From: Pedobacter sp.
Lineage (GTDB): Bacteria > Desulfobacterota > Desulfuromonadia > Desulfuromonadales > Syntrophotaleaceae
Reading direction: 5' to 3'
DNA: 64,000 nt
Assembly: GCA_050253415.1 (NCBI GenBank)
Contig: JBFWJC010000001.1
Location: 384,001 to 448,000, forward strand
The position numbers and the translations under genes were made by a program. The notes under the pieces were generated by a model that saw only the letters and a list, made by a program, of their open reading frames with translations, made no database searches and was not told the DNA's origin. Shown piece after piece: positions 10,391 through 19,065 of this stretch (its first letter is position 1; each line of letters begins with the position of its first letter).

Positions 10391-11410
10391 ATGCCCCAAT
10401 GTAAACTTTGGCCGATGTGCAAGCCCCGCATTCACTTGATCAATCCGTTCTTCAACGCTGCCGGTGGCTCGGAATGGCGCACGCTGGAATTGGCCCGGCA
10501 ACTTGCGCCCTATGGCCGGGTGCGTATATGGTCTGACCGTCCGCCCGATCCGCGTCTGGCGCATCTTCCCATTCGGTTGATCGAACCGAAAAAATTACGC
10601 TTCCCTGTGGGGGGGACGCTGATTTTCGTGGGGGCCTTTCAGAAACCGGGACGATGGATCAAGTGGAGCCACCCCCATCGGGTTGTGATTCTGGCCAATA
10701 CCTTGTGCCAGTTAAGTCTCGATAACATGATGAGCCGCATTCAACAGCGGACAGGTAGAACTCCCGAGGTGGTTTTTGCCTCGAGCTGGCTGGCCAAAGC
10801 AATGGGACATCAGGTGCGTGTCCACCCTTCTCCCATCGATTTGCATCGTTTTTGTCCTGGAACCGGCAGCCCATCACCTCGCCCTTTTACCATCGGACGC
10901 CACAGCCGCGATACCCTCGAAAAACACGCGATTGGGGACCCTGAACTTTATCGGCGGTTGTTAGCAGACGGCACCAGGGTGCGCATCATGGGGGGAACTT
11001 GCCTGGCCGACTTGCTGCCCTCCGATCGGTCCCTTGAGTTGCTGCCGACACTGGCAGAGCCGGCTGAAGAATTTTTAAGGGGGCTGGACTGCTTTTTCTA
11101 TCGCACCGGTCCTTTGTGGCGGGAACCTTTTGGGCGGGTGGTGCTGGAAGCCATGGCGTGCGGTCTGCCGGTGGTATGCGAAAGGCGTGGCGGATACAGT
11201 GAATGGATTCGTCACGGTGAGAACGGCTTTCTTTTCGAGAAACAGGAAGAAGCCCAGAATATTCTGCAAACGCTCAAACAGGATGCCGAACTGCGCAGCC
11301 GTATCGGTAAGGCGGCCCGTCATAGCGTTGAAGAAATTTATTCCCCGGAGGCTATGCGGCAGCAGGCGGCTTGGTATTGTGCAGGCGATCAGGGGTGGGG
11401 GCAGGAATGA
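10391..11410 (+). CDS. Glycosyltransferase family 4 (GT-B), copy 1
   Basis: GGSE N-terminal motif and EPFGRVVLEAMACGLPVV; start uncertain (10391 or 10415). Confidence 0.85.
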   Translation: MPQCKLWPMCKPRIHLINPFFNAAGGSEWRTLELARQLAPYGRVRIWSDRPPDPRLAHLPIRLIEPKKLRFPVGGTLIFVGAFQKPGRWIKWSHPHRVVILANTLCQLSLDNMMSRIQQRTGRTPEVVFASSWLAKAMGHQVRVHPSPIDLHRFCPGTGSPSPRPFTIGRHSRDTLEKHAIGDPELYRRLLADGTRVRIMGGTCLADLLPSDRSLELLPTLAEPAEEFLRGLDCFFYRTGPLWREPFGRVVLEAMACGLPVVCERRGGYSEWIRHGENGFLFEKQEEAQNILQTLKQDAELRSRIGKAARHSVEEIYSPEAMRQQAAWYCAGDQGWGQE

Positions 11411-12402
11411 TTTTTTCAACAGCCGCAGACGGGAACCCCCCCCTGGTTCATCTTATCAATCCCTTTTTGGATGCTGCTGGCGGTGCCGAGTGGGAAACCC
11501 TGCAACTTTATGAGGAATTGCGGCAATATGCGAAGGTGCGACTCTGGTCGGATCGTGCCCCCGATCCACGCTTGTCACATTTCCCCATTCGCATGATACA
11601 GCCGGCACGTTTCAGGTTTCCTTTCGGAGGGATCCTGGTGTTTGTCGGCGCTTACCAAAAATGCCGATCCTGGTTGCGTTGGTGTCGGCCCCGTCGCGTG
11701 ATCGTTCTGGTCAACACAACCTCCCACCACGATCTGGATCGGATACTGACGCGCCTGGGGATAAGCGGATTGCCACATCCCGAGTTGGTCTTCGTGTCAC
11801 GCTGGCAGGCTGATTTCATGGGACGGGAGGGCGTTATTCACCCATCCCCCATCGATCTTGAGCGTTTCCGTCCCCAACCAGAGAGGCCCGGTGATGGCGT
11901 GTTTACCATCGGCCGGCATAGTCGCGATACACTGGAGAAACACCACTTGCACGACCCGCAATTTTATCGTGACCTGGTCCAGGCGGGCAACCGGATCCGC
12001 ATTATGGGGGGCACCTGTCTCCCAAAGGCGTCACTGCCGCAACAAGGGTGCGAAATCCTGCCGACCATGAGCGAGCCGGCAGAGGATTTTCTACGCAGTC
12101 TGGATTGCTTCTTTTACCGGACCAGTCCTCAGTGGCATGAGCCGTTTGGCCGAGTGGTGTTGGAGGCCATGGCGTGTGGTCTGCCGGTGGTGTGCGAACG
12201 GCGAGGCGGATACAGTGAATGGATTACCGACGGCAAAGATGGGTTTTTATTCGATACCGTGGCGCAGGCCCGCACCATTCTGGCCCGGTTAAAGGAAGAT
12301 GCCCCTTTTCGCGCCAAGGTAGGCAAGGCGGCGCGCATTACGGCGGAAAATATTTATTCTGCACAAAATATGAGGCAGCGTCTGGCTTTTTACTATACCT
12401 GA
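11407..12402 (+). CDS. Glycosyltransferase family 4 (GT-B), copy 2
   Basis: Paralog of the upstream gene with the same motifs; ATGA overlap with the upstream stop. Confidence 0.85.
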   Translation: MIFSTAADGNPPLVHLINPFLDAAGGAEWETLQLYEELRQYAKVRLWSDRAPDPRLSHFPIRMIQPARFRFPFGGILVFVGAYQKCRSWLRWCRPRRVIVLVNTTSHHDLDRILTRLGISGLPHPELVFVSRWQADFMGREGVIHPSPIDLERFRPQPERPGDGVFTIGRHSRDTLEKHHLHDPQFYRDLVQAGNRIRIMGGTCLPKASLPQQGCEILPTMSEPAEDFLRSLDCFFYRTSPQWHEPFGRVVLEAMACGLPVVCERRGGYSEWITDGKDGFLFDTVAQARTILARLKEDAPFRAKVGKAARITAENIYSAQNMRQRLAFYYT

Positions 12403-12480
12403 GCTATGCGCTTGCTTTGCTCTCCATAGGTATTATTTTTTCTACTCTCTCCTGCCATTCTATTATTGTTACCTTCCTGA

Positions 12481-13821
12481 TTAGTCGCAATCCGCCACCA
12501 TTCCAACCTTGTTATCCAGATACACTTTTCGGCGTCGCCACAGATAAAACGGCAGGCCGGCCAAGGTAATCAGGATGCCGAGCAGCGAAAGCCCGGGATT
12601 GGTCCAGCCGATCTGCACCAGGATGCACAGATAGGCGGTCACGAAAACCAGCGGTACCAACGGGTAGCCCCAGGTGCGATAGGGGCGCGGGGCATGCGGT
12701 TGCCGCCGGCGCAAAACGAACAGCGCCACGCCGCTGGCTATGCTGGATAACACCATGACAAACACAACGTAGCTCAGCAGCTGGTCGAAGGTGCCGAGCA
12801 GTACCAGCAGGCAGGCCAGAACCGCTTGAATCAGCACGGCACAAGCCGGAGTTCGGTAAAGAGTGTGAACCTCCTTCAGGCAGGACCAGAAAACCCCATC
12901 CTCCCCCATGGCAAAAGAAACCCGCGCACCGGTCATGATGGTGGCGTTGATGCCGGCTGCAATCGCCAGCACGATGGGGATCGAAACAAGTCCAGCTATG
13001 CCAGATCCGTAAAGCCTGACCATGGCGGCCTGGGCGACGTTGACCACGTTATTCAGTTCGGCCATGGGCAGGGCGAGCAGGTAAACCAGGTTGATCAGAG
13101 TGTAGATCAGCGTCACACTCAGGGTTCCCAGGATCAGTGACAGGGGCAGGTTGCGCTGGGGATTTTGGATTTCGCTGCCCATGTAGGCCGAGGCGAACCA
13201 GCCGCTGTAGGTAAAGATGACCGCGATCATGGGGGTGGCGAACAGCCTGCCAGGGTCCGGTTGCACTGCACCGGCCGCAGACAGATGCCGCCAGTCGCCA
13301 CCTCCGGCCACAAAGCCGGCGACGATCAAAACCAGCAAGGTTAGAATGGTGCCGAGGGTGAAAACATTCTGGGTCGTGCCGCTCAGGCGGATGCCCCGGT
13401 AGTTGATCAAGGAAAACAGCAGGATAAACGCCATTGCCATGAACTGCTTGTCTGCCTCCCTCAGAAACGGCAGGAAAATTTTCAGATAACTGACCAACCC
13501 GATGGCCAGCGCGGCGATGGATCCGGGGTTGATCACCCAGAACAGTACCCAGCCGAGCAGAAAACCGGCCCAGGGGCCATAGGCGGCTTTCAGGTAATGA
13601 TAGTCGCCGCCGGCCTTGGGGTACATACCGGCCAGTTCGGCATAGGTCAGGGCCCCGCAGATGGTCAGCAGGCCGCCCAGCACCCATATGCCGAGGAACA
13701 TCCAGGGGTGGGGCAATTCCCTCGCCAGAAAACCGCTGGTGGTAAAGATCCCGGCCCCGATGACGTTACCGATGATCAACAGGTAGGCATCTCCCAGGTC
13801 GAGCCGACGATTCAGTTGCAC
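12481..13821 (-). CDS. APC family amino acid/polyamine permease
   Basis: IGAGIF TM1 motif, YAELAGMYPKAGGDY, FTYSGW, RPYRTWGYP; GTG start overlaps the end of the upstream gene. Confidence 0.9.
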   Translation of the reverse strand: MQLNRRLDLGDAYLLIIGNVIGAGIFTTSGFLARELPHPWMFLGIWVLGGLLTICGALTYAELAGMYPKAGGDYHYLKAAYGPWAGFLLGWVLFWVINPGSIAALAIGLVSYLKIFLPFLREADKQFMAMAFILLFSLINYRGIRLSGTTQNVFTLGTILTLLVLIVAGFVAGGGDWRHLSAAGAVQPDPGRLFATPMIAVIFTYSGWFASAYMGSEIQNPQRNLPLSLILGTLSVTLIYTLINLVYLLALPMAELNNVVNVAQAAMVRLYGSGIAGLVSIPIVLAIAAGINATIMTGARVSFAMGEDGVFWSCLKEVHTLYRTPACAVLIQAVLACLLVLLGTFDQLLSYVVFVMVLSSIASGVALFVLRRRQPHAPRPYRTWGYPLVPLVFVTAYLCILVQIGWTNPGLSLLGILITLAGLPFYLWRRRKVYLDNKVGMVADCD

Positions 13822-15482
13822 GCTGCGTTTCCTTCCGCCAGGCATGAGCCTATGTAGATCAGGCCGAGCATCTTTTCCTTTTGGTCCTGCGCGGCTTTGC
13901 GCATCTCGCCAAGGGTGATGGATATCTGGTGTTCGCGGCTACGGATGCCGGCGGCATAGACCAGCCGCACCGGCGTATTATCGGCAAAATGGGTCCGTAG
14001 CAACGATTCGAGTTCCGGCACATCCTGCAACCCCATGAAGATGGCCAGGGTGTCGCCGTTTTTCGCTACGGCCGCAAGGAGTTCGTCGTTGCGACGCAGA
14101 CCGCGCGGCGCGGTAATCACGGTGGAGCCGTTGGCGCTGATATCGCGGTTGATAACCGCATTGGCGGCATTAAGGGAGCTGAGCCCGGCCACGGTTTCGA
14201 TTTCGGCCTCATCCAAATATTCCCTGATCCAGCGGGAACTGCCGTAAATCATCGGGTCGCCCCAGTCGAGAAATGCCACGTTCTTCCCCGCATCCAGTGC
14301 CTTGCGGATCTTGCCTGCATTGGTGCGCCACTCCTCTTGCCGCAACCGGTCCCGTTCCGTCTCGGACAGGGGTGTTTTGCGGTCACGATCCGCAAACGCA
14401 AACGGATCGAACAGCACCTCCTTGCCGCTGAGGTAAGTGGCGAAGCGTTTTTGTATATCCCCCGGTACCGCAATGGCATCGGCCCGTGCCAACGCCGAAA
14501 GGGCTTCGAGGGTGATCTGGCAGGTGTCGCCGGCGCCGACGCCGATCACGGTCAGCTTCGGGACATGCCGGGGGCGCAGCACCTCGATGGATGCCACGTC
14601 GCGCACGAAACGGCTGGCAGACGAATCGGGCAGCACCAGCCATCGTGCATGCTTTTCTCCAAGGGGCTGGCCGCCCATGCGGTCAGCAAGCAGAATCCGC
14701 CGACCGAGGGGCGACCAGAACAATTCCCCGTAGGACAGCAGCGATCGATAGCCATCACGAGATCGGACCAAAAAGACGGTTTGGGGTTCCGCGCCCACCC
14801 CGGCCTGTTTCAAAATATCCACCAGCGGCGTACCGGAAAAACGCTTTACGCCGTCAAAACGGGTGCCGTTCCAGACGATCTTGGTAGTGACTTCAGAGAT
14901 CGATTGGTTGGGTCGTTTTGCCAGTGATACGGGCTGTATCGCGGCATCCCGTGTCGGATCGATCACCTCGATGCTGACGATATCGGTCAGGCAGCGGTCG
15001 CTGTAAAAGTCGTTGCCCAGCACCAGGCGTGGCAGGACGAGCGGTTTTGGTACTAGCGTGGGAGTCTCTTTGGTATATATCGGTGTTGCGGAAAAGGCGA
15101 TGATCACATCGGCCGGACGACCATACGCCACCTCCGCCCACGACAACAGGGTGCGTTGGCCTTGACGATTACGCACCACAAGGGCGAGGTCGATGGCCTT
15201 GGGGAAGGTTCCACCTTCTTTTTCCACTCCGGCAGCCTGCAAAAGATATTGCAGAGGTACGCCCTGGTAGCGATAGACACCATGAAAGGTATTCTGGGTG
15301 GCGACCTCGGTGGTGCGGACCTCCACCGTCCGGTAGTTGGCCAAGTCCTTCAGGGTCAGGCGCTGGGGGTGCTTGACCAGACCGGTGATCGTGACTACCG
15401 GTTCGGCTGCTGCCTGGCAGACAGTGAGTCCGCAGGTAAAAAATAGATACGAAATTACCAGCAATAACCGCAGGTATTTCAT
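13812..15482 (-). CDS. Exported protein: two sulfite-oxidase-like (Oxidored_molyb-type) repeats fused to a tetrapyrrole methylase domain; no CxxCH
   Basis: Sec-type signal peptide; ITGLVKHP..LTLKDL, YQGVPL and SRDGY repeats; C-terminal IGVGAGD..ITLEAL..ADAI and FLDWGDPMIYG. Confidence 0.75.
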   Translation of the reverse strand: MKYLRLLLVISYLFFTCGLTVCQAAAEPVVTITGLVKHPQRLTLKDLANYRTVEVRTTEVATQNTFHGVYRYQGVPLQYLLQAAGVEKEGGTFPKAIDLALVVRNRQGQRTLLSWAEVAYGRPADVIIAFSATPIYTKETPTLVPKPLVLPRLVLGNDFYSDRCLTDIVSIEVIDPTRDAAIQPVSLAKRPNQSISEVTTKIVWNGTRFDGVKRFSGTPLVDILKQAGVGAEPQTVFLVRSRDGYRSLLSYGELFWSPLGRRILLADRMGGQPLGEKHARWLVLPDSSASRFVRDVASIEVLRPRHVPKLTVIGVGAGDTCQITLEALSALARADAIAVPGDIQKRFATYLSGKEVLFDPFAFADRDRKTPLSETERDRLRQEEWRTNAGKIRKALDAGKNVAFLDWGDPMIYGSSRWIREYLDEAEIETVAGLSSLNAANAVINRDISANGSTVITAPRGLRRNDELLAAVAKNGDTLAIFMGLQDVPELESLLRTHFADNTPVRLVYAAGIRSREHQISITLGEMRKAAQDQKEKMLGLIYIGSCLAEGNAACN

Positions 15483-15509
15483 TGCAACCTCTCTTTCAAA
15501 TAATATAAA

Positions 15510-15553
15510 GGGCAGGTTCGCGACAGATCATCCCCGTTGTCGCGAACCTGCCC
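15510..15553 (-). terminator. Intra-operon 16-bp hairpin, terminator-like on the minus strand
   Basis: GGGCAGGTTCGCGACA / TGTCGCGAACCTGCCC, followed on the minus strand by TTTATATTATTT. Confidence 0.6.
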
Positions 15554-15609
15554 CTGCTTATCCACTGGCCGTGTTGCTTGCGCTCCGGATGAAGCGTGTT
15601 ATGCCCGGT

Positions 15610-17412
15610 TTAATGGCACTCGCCGAACCGCACATTCAGGCGCGGCCCCATGTAGATCAGGCCGAGGAATTTTTCCGGTTCGGCTGCCAGGTGGGCCGCC
15701 GCTTGTTGCAGGGTGGTGCGTACCAGGCGTTCACTGCCTGCGACGCCGGCACTGTAGACCAGGTTGACCGGAGTCTCGGCGGAATAATGGCTGTCAAACA
15801 AGGGTTGCATGTCCTGGAATTCCTTCAATCCCATAAAGATGGCCAGGGTATCGCCGCTTTTTGCCAGGGCGGCAAGCAACTGCGGATTTTGTTTCAGACC
15901 GCTCGGCACGGTGATGACCACCGATCCTCCGGCTCCGACGTCGCGCTGGATCATGGCATTGGCCACGTTGAAGGCACTCAGGGCGGGGATGGTTTCGAGC
16001 TGGTCGTCGCTGAAGAAGGCCCGGATCCAGCGGGTGCTGCCGTAGATCATCGGATCGCCCCAGTCCAGAAATGCGACGTTTTTCCCCTCCTTCAGCGCCT
16101 GGCGGATTTTGGCCACCCCCGCCTCGCGTTGCAGGCTGCAGCGTTTATCCGCCTCGGCCGGTGTTAGCTCCGGGTGGGATTTGCGATACATGTGCTGGAT
16201 GAGCACCAAGGGGTCGAACAGCACCGGTTTGTCGCCCAGGTAGGGGGCATAGCGCTTGGCGATATCCGCCGGGGCTACCAGCACGTCAGCGCGCGCCAGG
16301 GCGCCGATAGCCTCCAGGGTGATCAGATCGGTATCACCCGGCCCCACGCCGATGATGGAAATTTTTGCCGCCGGTTTCAGGTCGACGACCTCGATACGCG
16401 CGACGGCCAACACATCCCGATCATCGACCAGTTCCTCGGGTACGATAATGCGGTATTTCCCGCCGCGCTGACCTTCCAGAGTTTTGCCATTGTCACTTTC
16501 GGCGATCATGATGCGCCGGCCCTTAAAGGACTGGAACAGTTCGCCGAAGGAAAACAATGCCCGGTATCCGTCCGGGGCGGAGATCATCACGGCTTTGGTC
16601 AGTTGCTCACCGGCGCCGGCCGCCTCAAGAATCTTGGCCAGAGAAATGCCTTTGTAGCGGTGCAGGCCGTGGTATCCCATATGCACGCCGACGACCTTCT
16701 TCATCATTTCCATACGAGGGTAGTCTTTGAGGTCGGACAGTTTCAGTTCTTTGGCCACCGCACCGGTCACCCGGATTTCCCCGGATTCAAGCTTGGCCGC
16801 ACGATCGACCTTGAGTTTGGGATACAGATCGATGACCTCGATGCGGGTAACGTTTTCCAGGCAACGGTCGGTGTAAAAGTCGCCGCTGAGCAGCAATTTG
16901 GGCATGCCTGCCGGGCGGTCGTATTCGATAAGGGACTTCCGGTAGATTTCCGGGCCGTGGCATTTTAGGCAGCGATCCTCGGTCATCATCGGCTTGACCG
17001 GGGTGGCGGCAAAGGCGATGGTCACTTCGGTGGCATTGCTATAGTAGACTTCGCCCCAGGACAGCACCACCTGCTTGCCGGAAGCATCGGTCACCCGGAT
17101 GGCCAGATCGATCGGTTTTTCAAACGGCTGGTCCTGTTTGACGATTTCAGCCATGTCCAGCAGGGTGCGCAGCGGTACGGCTTTGTGCAGATATACGCCA
17201 TGAAACTTGCCGTCTCGGCTGACCTCGTTGAGCTGAATCTCTACCGACTGAAAGCGGGCCAGATCGTCGGTGGATAATTTGAGGGGGCGTTTGACCTCAC
17301 CGGTGATGCTCATGACCCCTTGTGAAGCCGTCTGCTGATCGGCCGCCAGGCTTTGATGAAAGGCCGGCAAAACAGCCAGTAACGTAAGCAGGGTAACGGC
17401 CATGCGTTTCAT
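15610..17412 (-). CDS. Exported monoheme c protein: sulfite-oxidase-like repeats, CxxCH motif and tetrapyrrole methylase domain
   Basis: Signal peptide MKRMAVTLLTLLAVLPAFHQSLAA; CLKCH; IGVGPGDTDLITLEA and FLDWGDPMIYG; ATG at 17412 overlaps the upstream stop. Confidence 0.78.
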   Translation of the reverse strand: MKRMAVTLLTLLAVLPAFHQSLAADQQTASQGVMSITGEVKRPLKLSTDDLARFQSVEIQLNEVSRDGKFHGVYLHKAVPLRTLLDMAEIVKQDQPFEKPIDLAIRVTDASGKQVVLSWGEVYYSNATEVTIAFAATPVKPMMTEDRCLKCHGPEIYRKSLIEYDRPAGMPKLLLSGDFYTDRCLENVTRIEVIDLYPKLKVDRAAKLESGEIRVTGAVAKELKLSDLKDYPRMEMMKKVVGVHMGYHGLHRYKGISLAKILEAAGAGEQLTKAVMISAPDGYRALFSFGELFQSFKGRRIMIAESDNGKTLEGQRGGKYRIIVPEELVDDRDVLAVARIEVVDLKPAAKISIIGVGPGDTDLITLEAIGALARADVLVAPADIAKRYAPYLGDKPVLFDPLVLIQHMYRKSHPELTPAEADKRCSLQREAGVAKIRQALKEGKNVAFLDWGDPMIYGSTRWIRAFFSDDQLETIPALSAFNVANAMIQRDVGAGGSVVITVPSGLKQNPQLLAALAKSGDTLAIFMGLKEFQDMQPLFDSHYSAETPVNLVYSAGVAGSERLVRTTLQQAAAHLAAEPEKFLGLIYMGPRLNVRFGECH

Positions 17413-18176
17413 GATTTTTGTCCTCCGTTGCGAATCTTGCGAATTTGCGGAAAGTACCAGAGCATCAGCAGGCACAGGATCGTATTGCCGATCAGTATCA
17501 GCAACAGACCGGGATCCTTTTTAACGGTGATTTGAAGGGCCGGCAATACGTCAACGCCGGGTTTGCCGGCCATCCCCAGATGCAGGGTGTAGCCCTGCCA
17601 GTAAATTGGTTCGAGAATGGCGATCTGGCGTTGCACGACGTCGGTCCCGTGTTTCAGCTCCAGGGTGGCCGTGCATTGCTTCATGGTTCCCAAAAGAAGG
17701 GGTTCCCGCCAGTATTCGTAGTGGCGTTCGAGCAAGGTAACCTGAAGATCGTTCACGGTGACTTGTTCTCCGACCACGGCCGGCAGGCGTTGCTTGCTGC
17801 CAGTGAATTCGGTAAGGGCATGACCGCCGATAATAAACAAAAAGCAGAAGTGCATGATGGACGGAGCCAGCAGCAGTGCCAAGATGGCGCGGCGATGCTG
17901 ACCTCGGTGTTGCCAGAGCCAGGTCAGGCGTTGCAGGGTACAGGCGGCGGTATTCACGCCCAGCAGGAAAAGCAGGCCGAACAGCGAAAAGATCCACCAG
18001 TTCTGTATTCCGTTGTGGTGCATGATCCAGGAGGGAAAGAGTTGAGCGTTGAGTTTGCCGAATACCGGCATGTACCGGGTGTAAAAGCTACCGATAAATA
18101 GATTGACAGTCAGCAGGCACAGCAACCATAACGTCAGACGAATACTGGCCATGGACGTCCAGAGTCGTTTAATCAT
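17409..18176 (-). CDS. Short ResB/CcsB-like cytochrome c biogenesis protein
   Basis: ASIRLTLWLL, WW..LLGVNTAACT, H-xxFLFIIGG and KKDPG motifs; adjacent to the ccsA-like gene. Confidence 0.7.
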   Translation of the reverse strand: MIKRLWTSMASIRLTLWLLCLLTVNLFIGSFYTRYMPVFGKLNAQLFPSWIMHHNGIQNWWIFSLFGLLFLLGVNTAACTLQRLTWLWQHRGQHRRAILALLLAPSIMHFCFLFIIGGHALTEFTGSKQRLPAVVGEQVTVNDLQVTLLERHYEYWREPLLLGTMKQCTATLELKHGTDVVQRQIAILEPIYWQGYTLHLGMAGKPGVDVLPALQITVKKDPGLLLILIGNTILCLLMLWYFPQIRKIRNGGQKS

Positions 18177-19023
18177 TGCCGACCTCCGTCAGTTTGGAGT
18201 TGCGACAGGCATTCGGTACCGCCCCATGCACCTGCTGGGCTGCGGTAGCCTGAGTGTTGTTGCCGGAGGACTTGGCCGGATTAAGCACGGTAAGATGCGC
18301 CGCCACCTGCAGGGCGTAAGCCACAACCAGCACCACCAGTGCCCCGGACACCGCCCAGCGAGCTTTTTTGCGCAGGTCGAAGGCGCGGTCAAAGTGGGTA
18401 TGCAGGTAGCCGCAGTACAAACACCAGATGGCGGCGGATTGCAGATGCCGTTCTCCCCAGTGAAACGCCGCGCCCCAACCGAGATAACTCCAGACCGCAC
18501 CGATAACCTGGGCCAGGCTGTAAAAGATGAAGCCCCAGATCACCAGTTGGTTGAACAACGGATCGCCGTCGCGACGACGCAGATGGCGCCAGGCGAGCCA
18601 GCCACCGGCCAGGAAACAGGCGATGGCCAGCACTTCAAGGAAGAAAAACAAAGGGGAAGACCAGTTGGCGGTAAACGGTCCGGGTGGCGGAATCTGCACC
18701 GGCAGCGCCAGAGTGGTTAACATCGTCAGCGTCACCAGCCAGCTCAGAGAGGCCGCCTGTTGCCGCTGGCCGCGCCACAGGCATAATAGCGCCAACATAG
18801 CCAGGCACCAAGGCAGAAACAGCGCACCGTTAAAGACTCCGTCGAGGGAGAAAATCCCCCAGCGCCAGCAACGGCCGAGCTGGCTGGTGGTGTGCAGCAT
18901 AAATCCGAGCCCCAGCAGCCAGCATGAAAAACGAAACTTTTTCAGCAGATAAAAGATAAGGCTGCCGGCGTAAACGCCGGCAGCCACATTGAATAACATC
19001 GCGGAGGTAGTCGCTAAAGTCAT
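18169..19023 (-). CDS. CcsA/ResC-like cytochrome c biogenesis protein (divergent WWD domain)
   Basis: Multi-pass membrane protein with GAVWSYLGWGAAFHWGER and YLH; GAGG upstream of ATG 19023. Confidence 0.75.
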   Translation of the reverse strand: MTLATTSAMLFNVAAGVYAGSLIFYLLKKFRFSCWLLGLGFMLHTTSQLGRCWRWGIFSLDGVFNGALFLPWCLAMLALLCLWRGQRQQAASLSWLVTLTMLTTLALPVQIPPPGPFTANWSSPLFFFLEVLAIACFLAGGWLAWRHLRRRDGDPLFNQLVIWGFIFYSLAQVIGAVWSYLGWGAAFHWGERHLQSAAIWCLYCGYLHTHFDRAFDLRKKARWAVSGALVVLVVAYALQVAAHLTVLNPAKSSGNNTQATAAQQVHGAVPNACRNSKLTEVGND

Positions 19024-19065
19024 GCACAATCCCTCGTTGTGGAAGGTTCTGTTTTCATAACAGGA

